From positions 1 through 62,709 of the forward strand of contig CALJAP010000085.1 in the NCBI GenBank assembly GCA_938027655.1: DNA of 62,709 bases. The letters are read 5' to 3'. The notes beneath the pieces are model-generated. The model was given only the letters and a program-made list of their open reading frames with translations. It did no database searches and was not told where the DNA came from. Both the position numbers and the translations under genes were made by a program. Shown piece after piece: positions 26,995 through 36,681 of this stretch (the first letter of the stretch is position 1; each line of letters begins with the position of its first letter). The DNA is from an uncultured bacterium. Lineage in GTDB: Bacteria > Armatimonadota > HRBIN16.

Positions 26995-27689
26995 CGGCAG
27001 TAGCCCGGTGGATGGCGGACAGGCTCATCTGTCGCAGCATGGCTTCGCACTTTCGGGCGGTATATGCCCGGCTCGTGCAACCGCCGGTACCGAACCGCCC
27101 TGCTATCGTGTTCGCTAATCACCACTACTGGTGGGATGGCTACCTGTGTTATCTGTTAGGCAAGGGGTGGGGTCAGCCGATGAACCTGTGGATGGAGGAG
27201 TGGCGATGGTTTCCGCCCTTCTGGGCGCTCGGCGCGCTGCCGTATCCTGCGGGTGATACAACAGCGAGGGCACGCACCCTGCGCCATACATTACGATTAC
27301 TTCAGGAGCCGCCGCGTGTGTTGTTCCTCTTCCCAGAAGGCGTCATCCATACCGGCTACCATCTGCTTCCTTTCCAGAGGTCGCTGTTCTGGCTGGCACA
27401 GCACGTTCCCCAATTGCAGTTACTGCCGTTGGCTATCGTCATCACCCCGACCCTGCACCAGTACCCTCGCGCTTTCCTGCATCTGGACGCCCCATTCCAA
27501 CCGCATAGCACTGCTCCTGAGGCATGGCTGGCGGAAGCGCAGGAGAGGGTGGCAGAGCTGGTGGAGGCGCTGCGTCAAGAGGCGGAATGTTTGGACACGG
27601 CGGAGAAAGCTCAGGAGGCAGGTTTTGTTTTGCTGGTGAGAGGCAAAACATCGGTCAACGAGCGATGGTGGGCAAGGATGATGCCATGA
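26961..27689 (+). CDS. Lysophospholipid acyltransferase family protein (carotenoid glycoside acyltransferase-like)
   Basis: Start ATG 26961 (GGAGGT). NHHYWWD (NHxxxxD) and FPEG motifs. Confidence 0.82.
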   Translation: MVERTHIPATITAVARWMADRLICRSMASHFRAVYARLVQPPVPNRPAIVFANHHYWWDGYLCYLLGKGWGQPMNLWMEEWRWFPPFWALGALPYPAGDTTARARTLRHTLRLLQEPPRVLFLFPEGVIHTGYHLLPFQRSLFWLAQHVPQLQLLPLAIVITPTLHQYPRAFLHLDAPFQPHSTAPEAWLAEAQERVAELVEALRQEAECLDTAEKAQEAGFVLLVRGKTSVNERWWARMMP

Positions 27690-28546
27690 GGGACTCTTCT
27701 CTAATAGCAGACTACCGTGCCTGTCAGGCGATACAGCGACGTTTTGGCAAAAGCTACTATTTCGCCACACGCTTCTTTCCGGCTGAGCTGCGTCCCCATG
27801 TGCATGCCCTGTACGCCTTTGTGCGACTACCCGACCAGTGGGTAGACGAACCCGCGCGAAAGGAGCTGCACGAGATAGTCCGCCACATCGACGAATACGA
27901 AAGCGCCCTGAGTCGTGCGCTCGCAGGTGAGTGGGTGGATGAACCGGTGCTGCGTGCTTTCGCGCATACCGCACGGCTGTTTGAAATCCCTGAAAACTAC
28001 ATGCACGACTTCCTGAACGCGATGCGGCAGGACCTCTCCCGCACTCGGTATCTCACCTACACCGAGCTCCAACAATACATGTGGGGCAGTGCGGCGGTGG
28101 TCGGAGCGATGATGTTGTGCCTATTCCGTTGCCATCACGAGAGTCTGTTGCCGCCCGCCACACGCATGGGTGAAGCCATGCAGATGACCAACTTCTTGCG
28201 CGACGTCGGCGAAGATTGGCGCAGAGGCAGGATTTATCTGCCGCTGGAGGACATGGAACGCTTCGGGGTGACCGAGAAAGATATTGCGGAGGGTCGGGTA
28301 ACCGAGCCGGTAGTTCAACTGTTGCGATTCGAGATTGAACGCACGCGAGCCCTCTACCGCGAGGCAGAAGCAGGCATTCCTTTACTACCCCGTGAATACC
28401 GCTACCCGGTTCTGCTCGGCAGTCGCCTCTATGCCCGAATCCTGCACCGGATTGAAACGGATGGCTACGATGTGTTTCGCCGGCGGGCACATACCAGCCT
28501 GCTGGAGAAAGTGTACATCGCGTGGCAGTGTCGGGGGGAGATATGA
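27686..28546 (+). CDS. crtB: Phytoene synthase
   Basis: KSYYFA, LYAFVRLPDQWVD, MQMTNFLRDVGED, GRIYLP. Start overlaps the upstream stop (ATGA). Confidence 0.93.
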   Translation: MRDSSLIADYRACQAIQRRFGKSYYFATRFFPAELRPHVHALYAFVRLPDQWVDEPARKELHEIVRHIDEYESALSRALAGEWVDEPVLRAFAHTARLFEIPENYMHDFLNAMRQDLSRTRYLTYTELQQYMWGSAAVVGAMMLCLFRCHHESLLPPATRMGEAMQMTNFLRDVGEDWRRGRIYLPLEDMERFGVTEKDIAEGRVTEPVVQLLRFEIERTRALYREAEAGIPLLPREYRYPVLLGSRLYARILHRIETDGYDVFRRRAHTSLLEKVYIAWQCRGEI

Positions 28547-28550
28547 AACG

Positions 28551-28580
28551 AAAAAGCCCCTCTCCACAAGGAAGAGGGGC
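28551..28580 (-). terminator. Rho-independent terminator of degP (possibly bidirectional)
   Basis: GCCCCTCT-N9-AGAGGGGC hairpin followed by T5 on the minus strand, between convergent crtB and degP. Confidence 0.8.
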
Positions 28581-28597
28581 CCGATAGCGGTTACTGC

Positions 28598-30127
28598 TTA
28601 CGGCACTTCCACACGCACGCGACGGGTAATCGCGCCTTCGTCGGTGTTGCTTCGCACGATAAAGATGACCGAGTCACCCGACTTGTGCCCGGAAACGATG
28701 CGATGCACCTCATCTACGGTGGTGACCCTCTGCCCGTCTACTTGCAGGATGACATCGCCCACAGCCAGCCCTGCGTCATCCGCTGCGCTGCCAGGCACCA
28801 CCTCAGTAATCACCACGCCCTGCGTGCTGCGTGGAAGCTTGTAGCGCTCCGCCAGCTCAGGCGTCAACCGCTCGATGCTGATGCCCAGCTTGCGCCCGCT
28901 CTCCTGCGGCTGCTCGCGCTGGCGCCCTTGCTCGTCAACCGGTGGTGCTTCACCTACCTTCACACGCAAGGTTATCTCACGCCCGTTACGCACCACCTTG
29001 ACAGGCACCACCGTACCCGGCTCGGTGCGAGCGACCATGTCGCGGAAGTCCAGCTCGCCCTTGACCGGCTTCCCGTTATACTCCACCACGACATCCTCTA
29101 CCTGTATACCCGCCTGCGCTGCGGGCGAACCCTCCGTCACGGAGGTAATCAAAGCGCCCTGCTTTACCTTCAGTCGCTGGGCGTCTTCAGGAGTGACATC
29201 GGCAGGCATGACCCCGAAGAAACCACGCACCACCTTCCCGCGCGTGATGAGCTGCTCCATCACGAAGCGAGCGGTGTTAATCGGCACGGCGAAACCGATG
29301 CCCGCGAAGCTGCCCGTCGGTGACTCGATGGCGGTGTTGATACCGATGACCTCGCCGCGAATGTTCAGCAGCGGTCCGCCCGAGTTGCCCGGATTGATCG
29401 AGGCGTCTGTCTGGATGAGGTTCGGGTAGTAGCGCTGACCCTGCATGATGCTTCCGATAGCCTCGCGGCGCCCCAGTGCGCTGACCACGCCCACCGTCAT
29501 CGTGTTCTCTTTGCCGAAGGGGCTACCGAGCGCAATCGCCCACTGTCCCACTCGCACCGCATCCGAGTCGCCCAGCCGCGCGGTCGGCAATCCGGTGGCG
29601 TTCACCTTCACCACCGCGATGTCACTGCGAAAGTCGCGCAGCACCTTGCCTTCCAGCCTGCGCCCGTCGCTGAGCACTACTTCCACACGCTCTGCCCCAG
29701 CCACAACGTGGTCATTGGTCAGGATATATCCATCGCTGCGCACGATGACGCCGGAGCCGACTCCCCGTGTGGGAATAGGAACCGGTTCAAACGTGCGTCC
29801 ACCCCGTCGGGGCTGGAGGTCGAACGGAAGGGGAATATCATTCGGTATCTCAAAGCGCAGGCTGGGGCGGCTGACGTTTCTGCGGGCGTAGATGGTAACC
29901 ACCGCCGGTGATACCTCTTCTGCCACCCGTACGAATGCGCTCTCCATCGCCTCTGCCGCGCTGAGCGCTTCTGTTTTGGATACAGTGGTTGCAACCGTGC
30001 GCATCGCGCTCTGCGCCAACGTTACCACCGGTCGTTGAAAGGCGGTTCCTAAGAACGCGCCTAGCGCTACGCTAAACAGAATCATCACCGTAAGCATCCA
30101 CGCTCGCGGCTGTGGGGTCATCATCAT
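28598..30127 (-). CDS. degP: HtrA/DegP serine protease with two PDZ domains
   Basis: TNDHVV, DIAVVK, IQTDASINPGNSGGPL catalytic triad. Two PDZ repeats. N-terminal TM/signal segment. Confidence 0.93.
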   Translation of the reverse strand: MMMTPQPRAWMLTVMILFSVALGAFLGTAFQRPVVTLAQSAMRTVATTVSKTEALSAAEAMESAFVRVAEEVSPAVVTIYARRNVSRPSLRFEIPNDIPLPFDLQPRRGGRTFEPVPIPTRGVGSGVIVRSDGYILTNDHVVAGAERVEVVLSDGRRLEGKVLRDFRSDIAVVKVNATGLPTARLGDSDAVRVGQWAIALGSPFGKENTMTVGVVSALGRREAIGSIMQGQRYYPNLIQTDASINPGNSGGPLLNIRGEVIGINTAIESPTGSFAGIGFAVPINTARFVMEQLITRGKVVRGFFGVMPADVTPEDAQRLKVKQGALITSVTEGSPAAQAGIQVEDVVVEYNGKPVKGELDFRDMVARTEPGTVVPVKVVRNGREITLRVKVGEAPPVDEQGRQREQPQESGRKLGISIERLTPELAERYKLPRSTQGVVITEVVPGSAADDAGLAVGDVILQVDGQRVTTVDEVHRIVSGHKSGDSVIFIVRSNTDEGAITRRVRVEVP

Positions 30128-30196
30128 TCATCCCTCCTTGTGTTCGAATAGTGTGGATTGAAGCAGAGGCAGCGTAGCATACCTCTGCTTTTGCGT

Positions 30197-30724
30197 TCAC
30201 CGATAGTATCGGACGGAGACGAGCGAAGTCCGGTTATCATAGGGGTATAGCGGTATTTCCGCTGGGATGTAAGGTTGTTTGCGCAGATGCAACTTGCCGG
30301 ACAGGTAAGCATCCAGGGTAGCGCGGTCTACCTCGCCTGCCAGTCCTGCTGCAGCAGCAAAGCCCTCATCCTCTATGGGCAAACGAGCCTGCACCCCAAA
30401 GTACCACGCCCCCAGCGTGACCGCTCCCAGCGCAGCAGCTATCGCCAGCGGGCGCGCCAGCTGCCTAGGTATGGGTAAAGCCCACTTGCTGGAAGGGGCT
30501 GGAGAATGCAGTACCCTTTCTACCAGCCGGTGCTCCAGGGAAGCAGACGGGGGGACGACCGGCATTTCGCTAAGTAGACGCTTTACCTGCAGAAGCGTCT
30601 GATATTCGCGCCGGCACTCAGAGCATCCATCCAGATGTCTCTGGATAGAAAGCATATCGACGCCCGGCAGCTCCCGGTCAATGTAGCAGGAAAGCAGGTT
30701 TTGTACTTTGCCACAGTTCATCAT
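30197..30724 (-). CDS. Zinc-binding membrane anti-sigma factor (zf-HC2)
   Basis: MNC...LLSCYIDREL...HLDGCSEC (HxxxCxxC) plus a single TM helix. Start overlaps the sigma stop. Confidence 0.88.
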   Translation of the reverse strand: MMNCGKVQNLLSCYIDRELPGVDMLSIQRHLDGCSECRREYQTLLQVKRLLSEMPVVPPSASLEHRLVERVLHSPAPSSKWALPIPRQLARPLAIAAALGAVTLGAWYFGVQARLPIEDEGFAAAAGLAGEVDRATLDAYLSGKLHLRKQPYIPAEIPLYPYDNRTSLVSVRYYR

Positions 30725-31320
30725 TCGGTCACCTCTCCACGCGCTTTGGCTTGTTGGTACGCTTCGATGCGTTGGCGAAGAAATCGCCTGCCTCGATGCA
30801 AGCGCGAGCGTACCGTGCCCAGCGAACAATGCATCGCCTCGGCAATCTCTTCGTACGATAACCCCTGGATGTCCGCCAGCACCACTGTGGTGCGAAAGTC
30901 GGGTGGCAGGGCATCCAGAGCGCGCTGGATGTAGTCCTCCAATTCCTCAGACATAACGATTGTCTCGGGATTAGAGGCTGCGTCGGGTATCTCGAACTGC
31001 ACGTCCCTGTCCGAATCCTGCAAATTGAGCGGCTGGTCCAGCGACTGTACCTGCAACTTCGGTCTCCGACGCAGCATATCGATAAAGGCGTTGTTGACGA
31101 TACGGTACATCCAGTTTTCAAAGGGCATATCGCGGTTGTACCGGTCAAAGAACCGGAACGCGCGAATGAACGCTTCTTGCGTCAGGTCCTCCGCATCGTC
31201 TCTATTGCCGGTCAGGCGGTAGGCGATATTATATACCGTGCGGTGATGGCGACGCATCAGCGTCTCAAACTCCGCATGAGTGTCCTGCCAACCGGCAGCT
31301 GCCTCTTTCGTCCATTCCAT
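30721..31320 (-). CDS. ECF RNA polymerase sigma factor (SigE/SigW-like)
   Basis: DAEDLTQEAF, FENWMYRI, GLSYEEIAE...GTVRSRLHRGR. Confidence 0.95.
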   Translation of the reverse strand: MEWTKEAAAGWQDTHAEFETLMRRHHRTVYNIAYRLTGNRDDAEDLTQEAFIRAFRFFDRYNRDMPFENWMYRIVNNAFIDMLRRRPKLQVQSLDQPLNLQDSDRDVQFEIPDAASNPETIVMSEELEDYIQRALDALPPDFRTTVVLADIQGLSYEEIAEAMHCSLGTVRSRLHRGRRFLRQRIEAYQQAKARGEVTE

Positions 31321-31344
31321 TCTGGATTGTCCTCCTGTTGCTTA

Positions 31345-31372
31345 TTACGCCTGTATCGGTGGCGTCGGTTCC
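31345..31372 (-). promoter_or_regulatory. Candidate autoregulated ECF promoter
   Basis: Minus strand GGAACC-N17-CGTAA just upstream of the AGGAGG RBS of the ECF gene. Confidence 0.55.
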
Positions 31373-31385
31373 CGATAGTTAGACT

Positions 31386-31415
31386 CACCGCCGCGGTTTT
31401 CGTTCCGCGGCGGTG
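31386..31415. terminator. Strong GC hairpin after nuoI (terminator-like, no U tract)
   Basis: Perfect 11-bp inverted repeat CACCGCCGCGG-N8-CCGCGGCGGTG. Confidence 0.55.
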
Positions 31416-31420
31416 CCAGT

Positions 31421-31897
31421 TCATTCCTCTTTGGGGGTGGGTATCGGTTCTAGGAGCATCTCTTTCGTGTAGATGAAGTCACTGCGGTGGTAATCGGCGA
31501 GTTCATAGTCGTCACGTAACACGATAGCTCCCGTCGGGCACGCCTCTTGGCAGTAACCGCAGAAGATACAGCGCAACATGTTGATCTCATATCGCACTGC
31601 ATACCGCTCGCCGGGCGAGTAGCGGTTTTCATCGCTGTTCTCGGCAGCCTCCACGTAGATGCAACGCGCCGGACAAGCCCCTGCGCACAGCGAACAGCCG
31701 ATGCACCGCTCCAGCCCGTTGTCGTAGCGACGCAGCACGTGCCGCCAGCGCGCGCGTGGATACATCGGACGCTTCTGCTCGGGGTATTGCACGGTAATGG
31801 GTTCATGGAAGGGGGGCTGATGCCGAAAGGTAATGCTCAGTCCCTGAGCCAGCGGTAGCACCGTCTTCACGAATCGCTTGGCAACCTGCGTAATCAT
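31421..31897 (-). CDS. nuoI: NADH-quinone oxidoreductase subunit I
   Basis: [20 protein letters not shown] and [13 protein letters not shown] 2x[4Fe-4S] motifs. Confidence 0.95.
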   Translation of the reverse strand: MITQVAKRFVKTVLPLAQGLSITFRHQPPFHEPITVQYPEQKRPMYPRARWRHVLRRYDNGLERCIGCSLCAGACPARCIYVEAAENSDENRYSPGERYAVRYEINMLRCIFCGYCQEACPTGAIVLRDDYELADYHRSDFIYTKEMLLEPIPTPKEE

Positions 31898-32460
31898 CCG
31901 GTAGCCACCTCCTCGCGCCTCAACGGTGCCAGCTCGATAATCATCCCCCGATGTTGCTGACGTATCTTGCGCTGCAGCTGCAGAAGACCGTAAAGCAGGG
32001 CATCGGGCGAGGGCGGACAGCCCGGTACATACACGTCCACCGGCACAATCTGGTCCACTCCCTGCAGGATGGCGTAGTTGTTAAACACTCCTCCGCAGGA
32101 GGCGCATGCCCCCATCGAGATGACCCACTTGGGGTTGGGCATCTGGTCGTACAGCTGACGCAAGACAGGGCCCATCTTCTTCGACACACGCCCCGCCACA
32201 ATCATCACGTCCGCCTGTCGCGGGCTGGGGCGGAAGACCTCCGAACCGAACCGCGAGATGTCGAACCGCGCCGACACCGTAGACATCATCTCGATAGCGC
32301 AACACGCCAAGCCGAAGGTCAGCGGCCAGAGGCTATTGACCCGTCCCCAGCGCACCAGGTCCTCGAGCTTCGCCAGCAGGATGTTCCCCTGTTGCTGGAC
32401 GCCGGGTATTTGCGGCGTTGTCGAATCATGCGCGGCTATCTCCATAATGCGCTTCGCCAT
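31894..32460 (-). CDS. nuoB: NADH-quinone oxidoreductase subunit B
   Basis: [38 protein letters not shown]. Start re-called at 32460. Confidence 0.95.
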   Translation of the reverse strand: MAKRIMEIAAHDSTTPQIPGVQQQGNILLAKLEDLVRWGRVNSLWPLTFGLACCAIEMMSTVSARFDISRFGSEVFRPSPRQADVMIVAGRVSKKMGPVLRQLYDQMPNPKWVISMGACASCGGVFNNYAILQGVDQIVPVDVYVPGCPPSPDALLYGLLQLQRKIRQQHRGMIIELAPLRREEVATG

Positions 32461-32520
32461 TGTTCCGCTCCTTTGGTGTTTCAGCGATATCAAGAGTTTC
32501 TTGCAACTACATTATACCCC

Positions 32521-33474
32521 TTAGAACGGCAATGCGTGTCCAATGCCCTGCGCCAGCGCTTTGCGGTACACCACGTGTGCTACCGCCACGTCCTCCAGCG
32601 CGACCCCCAGGCTCTTAAACAGCGTGACCTCAGCGGGGTCGGTACGCCCCGGCACGCGCCCAACCACGATGTCTGCCAGCTCTACCACCTGTCTCCAGTT
32701 CAGCTTACGCGCCTCGATAGCCGTGGCAAGCTCGCCCGACTCCACCTTCGCCTGCTCACGGTCATCCACTGCCACCGTCCGGCATCGCGCGAACACGCTC
32801 ACATCCAGTTCGCGGCGCGAAAAAGCGTTTGTGCCGATGGCGTTGATGTGCGTACCATCGTCTATCCACTCCCCAAAGAGCACCGGCTCGCGCGCTGTGG
32901 TAGCGCAGACCACAATAGCGCTTCCCCGCGTAGCTTGCTCGGCGGTGTCTGCAGGCACGACGGAGACGCCCAGACGCTGGCTCATATAGTCGGCAAACTG
33001 CTCCCGCCTTTCGGGGTGGCGCGAGTACACTTTCACGCGCGCGATAGGGCGCACGGTGCACACCGCTTCTACCTGTGTCTCCGCCTGCCAGCCTGCGCCG
33101 ATGATGCCCAGGGTACGAGCGTCATGCCGTGCCATATAGCGAGTGGCTACTCCCGATGCCGCTCCTGTACGCACCTGCCCCAGCTTGTCTGCCTCCATCA
33201 CGCATAGCAGGTTGCCGTTATCGGCGTCGTACAGGAAGAAGAGGAAGCGCGTCTTCGGCGCGAAGGAAGCATACGCCTTGAATCCGAACACGCCCTCGCT
33301 GAGTACCGCTGCGCTCATGATATGGAACACGCCATCGGGCAAATAGAGGCGCTGGCGCGGGTTGTTGAGCACTTCCGCCTGCCCTTCTGCCGCGAAAACA
33401 CGCTCTACCGCGTCCAGCGCCTCCGGCATCGTGAGCAAACCGTTCACCTGCGCTTCGGTCAGGAAGAACGCCAT
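32521..33474 (-). CDS. Ornithine cyclodeaminase/mu-crystallin family protein
   Basis: RTGAASGVAT, GAGWQA, GTHINAIG, LFKSLGVALED. Confidence 0.92.
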   Translation of the reverse strand: MAFFLTEAQVNGLLTMPEALDAVERVFAAEGQAEVLNNPRQRLYLPDGVFHIMSAAVLSEGVFGFKAYASFAPKTRFLFFLYDADNGNLLCVMEADKLGQVRTGAASGVATRYMARHDARTLGIIGAGWQAETQVEAVCTVRPIARVKVYSRHPERREQFADYMSQRLGVSVVPADTAEQATRGSAIVVCATTAREPVLFGEWIDDGTHINAIGTNAFSRRELDVSVFARCRTVAVDDREQAKVESGELATAIEARKLNWRQVVELADIVVGRVPGRTDPAEVTLFKSLGVALEDVAVAHVVYRKALAQGIGHALPF

Positions 33475-33505
33475 CGAAGATTCCCCTCTGAGAATACCGC
33501 TGTGC

Positions 33506-34636
33506 CTATTCGCGTTCCTCCATCGGCACCCACGGCAGGTCGCGTGCTCCCACGTACTCCGCGCGCGGGCGAATCAATCGGTTATCCGCCATCTGCTCCA
33601 TGACGTGTGCTGTCCAGCCGACGATGCGGCTGCTGGCGAAGAGGGGCGTGAACATATCGATGGGAATACCCAGCATGTACTGCACTGACGCGGAGTAGAA
33701 GTCCACGTTGCAGTACAGCCCCTTCTCGCGGAGCATGACCTCTTCTACTTTCTCGGAGATGAGATACCACTTGAGATTGCCCTGACGCTCGCCGAGCTCG
33801 CGGGAGAGCCGCTTCAGGTGCTTGGCGCGTGGGTCCTCGGTCTTGTACACGCGATGTCCGAACCCCATGACGCGCTGTTTCTGCATCAGTAAGCCCTTGA
33901 CGTAATCTTCTGCGCGTGAGGCATCGCCGATATCGATCAACATACGCATGACGCGCTCGTTCGCCCCACCGTGCAACGGTCCGGCAAGCGCACCGATAGC
34001 GCCCACTACCGCCGAATACATGTCCGAAAGTGTGGAGGTGATTACGCGGGCGGTAAACGTGGAGGCGTTGAACTCGTGGTCCGCCTGCAGAATGAGCGCA
34101 ACATCCATAGCCCGCACACTCAGCTCATCGGGTATTGTGCCCTTCAGGGTGTACAGATAGTTTGCGGCATGGCTCAGCTCGGGGTTGTTTTTCAGCGGGA
34201 GTTCACCGCTTCGGATGCGCTCGATGGAAGTGATGATGGTGGGAATACGCGCCGTGAGCCGAATCGCCTTGCGCAAGTTGGCATCCGGCGAATTATCACC
34301 AGCGTCGGGGTCGTATACAGCCAATGCGGAGACGACCGTACGCAGCAAATGCATGGGATTGGCTCGTGGGGGCAAATCAAACAACAGCTTCATTACCTGT
34401 ACCGGCAGCTCCCTGTTAGCGACGAGCTGTTCACGTAGCTGGTCATACTCTGCCTTGTTGGGCAGCTTGCCATACCACAGCAGGTAGGCGACCTCTTCGA
34501 AGGTAGCGTATCGCGCCAGGTCATCGATGTCGTAACCGCGGTAAATCAACTGCCCTGTCTGACCGTTCACGTCGCATATCGAAGAGGTACCAGCAATGAC
34601 ATCTTCCAGTCCCTTTGCAGCTATCATGGTGCTCAT
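33506..34636 (-). CDS. Citrate synthase (short type; 2-methylcitrate synthase not excluded)
   Basis: GLEDV, DHEFNASTF, GPLHGGAN, MGFGHRVYK, NVDFYS. Confidence 0.93.
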   Translation of the reverse strand: MSTMIAAKGLEDVIAGTSSICDVNGQTGQLIYRGYDIDDLARYATFEEVAYLLWYGKLPNKAEYDQLREQLVANRELPVQVMKLLFDLPPRANPMHLLRTVVSALAVYDPDAGDNSPDANLRKAIRLTARIPTIITSIERIRSGELPLKNNPELSHAANYLYTLKGTIPDELSVRAMDVALILQADHEFNASTFTARVITSTLSDMYSAVVGAIGALAGPLHGGANERVMRMLIDIGDASRAEDYVKGLLMQKQRVMGFGHRVYKTEDPRAKHLKRLSRELGERQGNLKWYLISEKVEEVMLREKGLYCNVDFYSASVQYMLGIPIDMFTPLFASSRIVGWTAHVMEQMADNRLIRPRAEYVGARDLPWVPMEERE

Positions 34637-34694
34637 CTCCTATCTGTGTAGTACCTCGCTCATCTTCTTTCGCGAGGCGATGAATACCATAAGG

Positions 34695-34723
34695 ATTGTA
34701 CATCCTTTGTCTAAGGAAGTCAA
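34695..34723 (-). promoter_or_regulatory. sigma70-type promoter for citrate synthase
   Basis: Minus strand TTGACT-N17-TACAAT. Confidence 0.65.
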
Positions 34724-34740
34724 CTTGCATTGTGCCTGAC

Positions 34741-36014
34741 TTACAAATCCTCTGGCTTTAGAGGCTCTTCGCAGTCTATCCCGGCACCGTACTCGCGTGG
34801 CATGGGTGGCTGTGACGCGCCAGGCTGGGTCCACAGCGCCTCGTTGCGGGCAAAAGGCAGACCCTCGGGATAGACATCTTTACCCCCCGTGTCACAGAAC
34901 AGCCCCAGACACAGCGCACGCTCGCGCAGGCTACCTCGCGCTCCAATGTTACTGCGCCCCAGCGTGATGGAAGGTTGCACTTCGTAACGGTCATCTCCCC
35001 AAGCGTCCCAGAAGATGCCGATACCGTTTGCGTTGCCGGCGCCAAGGCTGAGGCTCGGAGCGCGATAGATGTCGTTACCGCCCGATTCTATCAGCCAGCC
35101 CAGCGAGAAATCATGCCCCGCTCCTTGCGCCATATTCATGGTTGCCAGGTAGCGGTCGTCTCCCGAAACATCCTCCAGAATCCCCACCGCGAAGTGCGCC
35201 GACGCACCCTGTACATACCAGATGCCCTCGTACGTGTCATCGCCCCCGCCGTCGGAGAGGATGCCCAGCCCGTACCAGTAGCCAACACCCTGCCCGAACA
35301 CACCGCACGAGTAACGGTCGTTGCCCGCGCCGTCTACCAGTACACCGACGCCCCCTGCCAGCGAGTGCCCATCGGTGTAATCCGCACGCCTGCCGTAGCC
35401 GGCCCCCTGTGCCATGCTCACGTTGTGCTTGTCTGTTTGTGGCGAAGGGAAGTCCAGAACCCGGTCGTCGGCAATATAGACATCGTTTCCGTCCACATCC
35501 AGCAGTAAGCCGTAACCTTTGGTGCCGCCGTAGCCCTGCGCCATGCTGAAACCGGTACGGCGGCTATCTGCTTCTTCCACGTGGCATCCGGGCGCATCTT
35601 CTGCCCTGCGGCGAGGTATATCTCCGCAATCGCCTCATACAGGGGCTGCTGAAACCCGTCCGCTTTGCGTTTTATCGCTTCGGTAGGATCGCCGATTAGC
35701 GTCCGGCGTGTGCCTTCCGACAGGCGCAGGCTCGCAATAGAAAAGAGGCTTGCCGCGTTGCCCGCGTTCTGTAGACAATCCCGCCGCAGAACCCCTACCA
35801 CAAACGGCACGCGCCAGGGGTCCAGGTGCAGGCTATCGAAAAAGGACAGTCGGTATTCACCTCCGCCGTACAGTTGCAGGTCCAGCGAGTTGAAACGCGC
35901 CGCTTGTTTGTTCAAACCGAGTTGTGCCAGAGCGCGGTCAAAGGCATCGGCGTTACCCCATACGGGCAGGAACAGACATCCTGCAGCGAGTAAGATAATT
36001 TGAAAGGCATGCAT
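34741..36014 (-). pseudogene. Frameshifted or internally deleted secreted protein with GxLxDxxGxDxY beta-roll-like repeats
   Basis: The signal-peptide-bearing N-terminal frame (MHAFQIILLAAGCLF..., start 36014) loses sense at ~35555. The repeat-containing C-terminal frame (34741-~35555) has no convincing start or RBS. Confidence 0.65.
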
Positions 36015-36063
36015 GGTTTTCTCACAATCATGCTTACATTCCTCTTTCTGGGAGATAAGGGAG

Positions 36064-36681
36064 ATGTCCTGCCTGCAGGGTGAGATACGGACGGCACAAC
36101 AGGAAGACGCTGCCGCGCTGGCGCGTCTGTACGTGGAAGCGTTCGGCTCGAAACTGCACTGGGCGTTCGGTAGATATGTTGATGCGATGCCTGCGGTTGT
36201 GCAGGAGATGTTGATAGCTGAGCAGATGCGCTTGAGCGAGACGCTGGTCGCGGAGGTAAACGGGCAGGTAGCGGGCATGGCAGTACTGCGCCGTGACCCC
36301 ACCCATCGACCGAGATGGCTCATGATATGGCGGCTGGTGCGTCGCCATGTGAAGGGCTGGCGTATCCTCACCGCAACATTCATCATGACCGCTATGTGCA
36401 GTAACCTGTGTACGCCCACCCGTTCCTATCTAGAATCGCTGGCGGTGGACGCACGCTATCGTGGGCAGGGCATCGGTACGTTGCTTCTGGAACGATGCTT
36501 CGAGGAGTCGCGTCAGGCGGGGAAGCGAGAAATCTCGCTGCATGTCGTGGACACCAACCCCCACGCCAAGCGGCTATACGAAAGGATGGGGTTCCGCACC
36601 GTACGGGTGGAGCGTTTCGGGTGGATTGCCTCGCGCTGGATGGGTTTCAGCGCACAGTATTTCATGGTGCGCCCCCTGTGA
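36064..36681 (+). CDS. GNAT family N-acetyltransferase
   Basis: LAVDARYRGQGIGTLLL, N..AKRLYERMGF. Start re-called at 36064. Confidence 0.9.
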   Translation: MSCLQGEIRTAQQEDAAALARLYVEAFGSKLHWAFGRYVDAMPAVVQEMLIAEQMRLSETLVAEVNGQVAGMAVLRRDPTHRPRWLMIWRLVRRHVKGWRILTATFIMTAMCSNLCTPTRSYLESLAVDARYRGQGIGTLLLERCFEESRQAGKREISLHVVDTNPHAKRLYERMGFRTVRVERFGWIASRWMGFSAQYFMVRPL

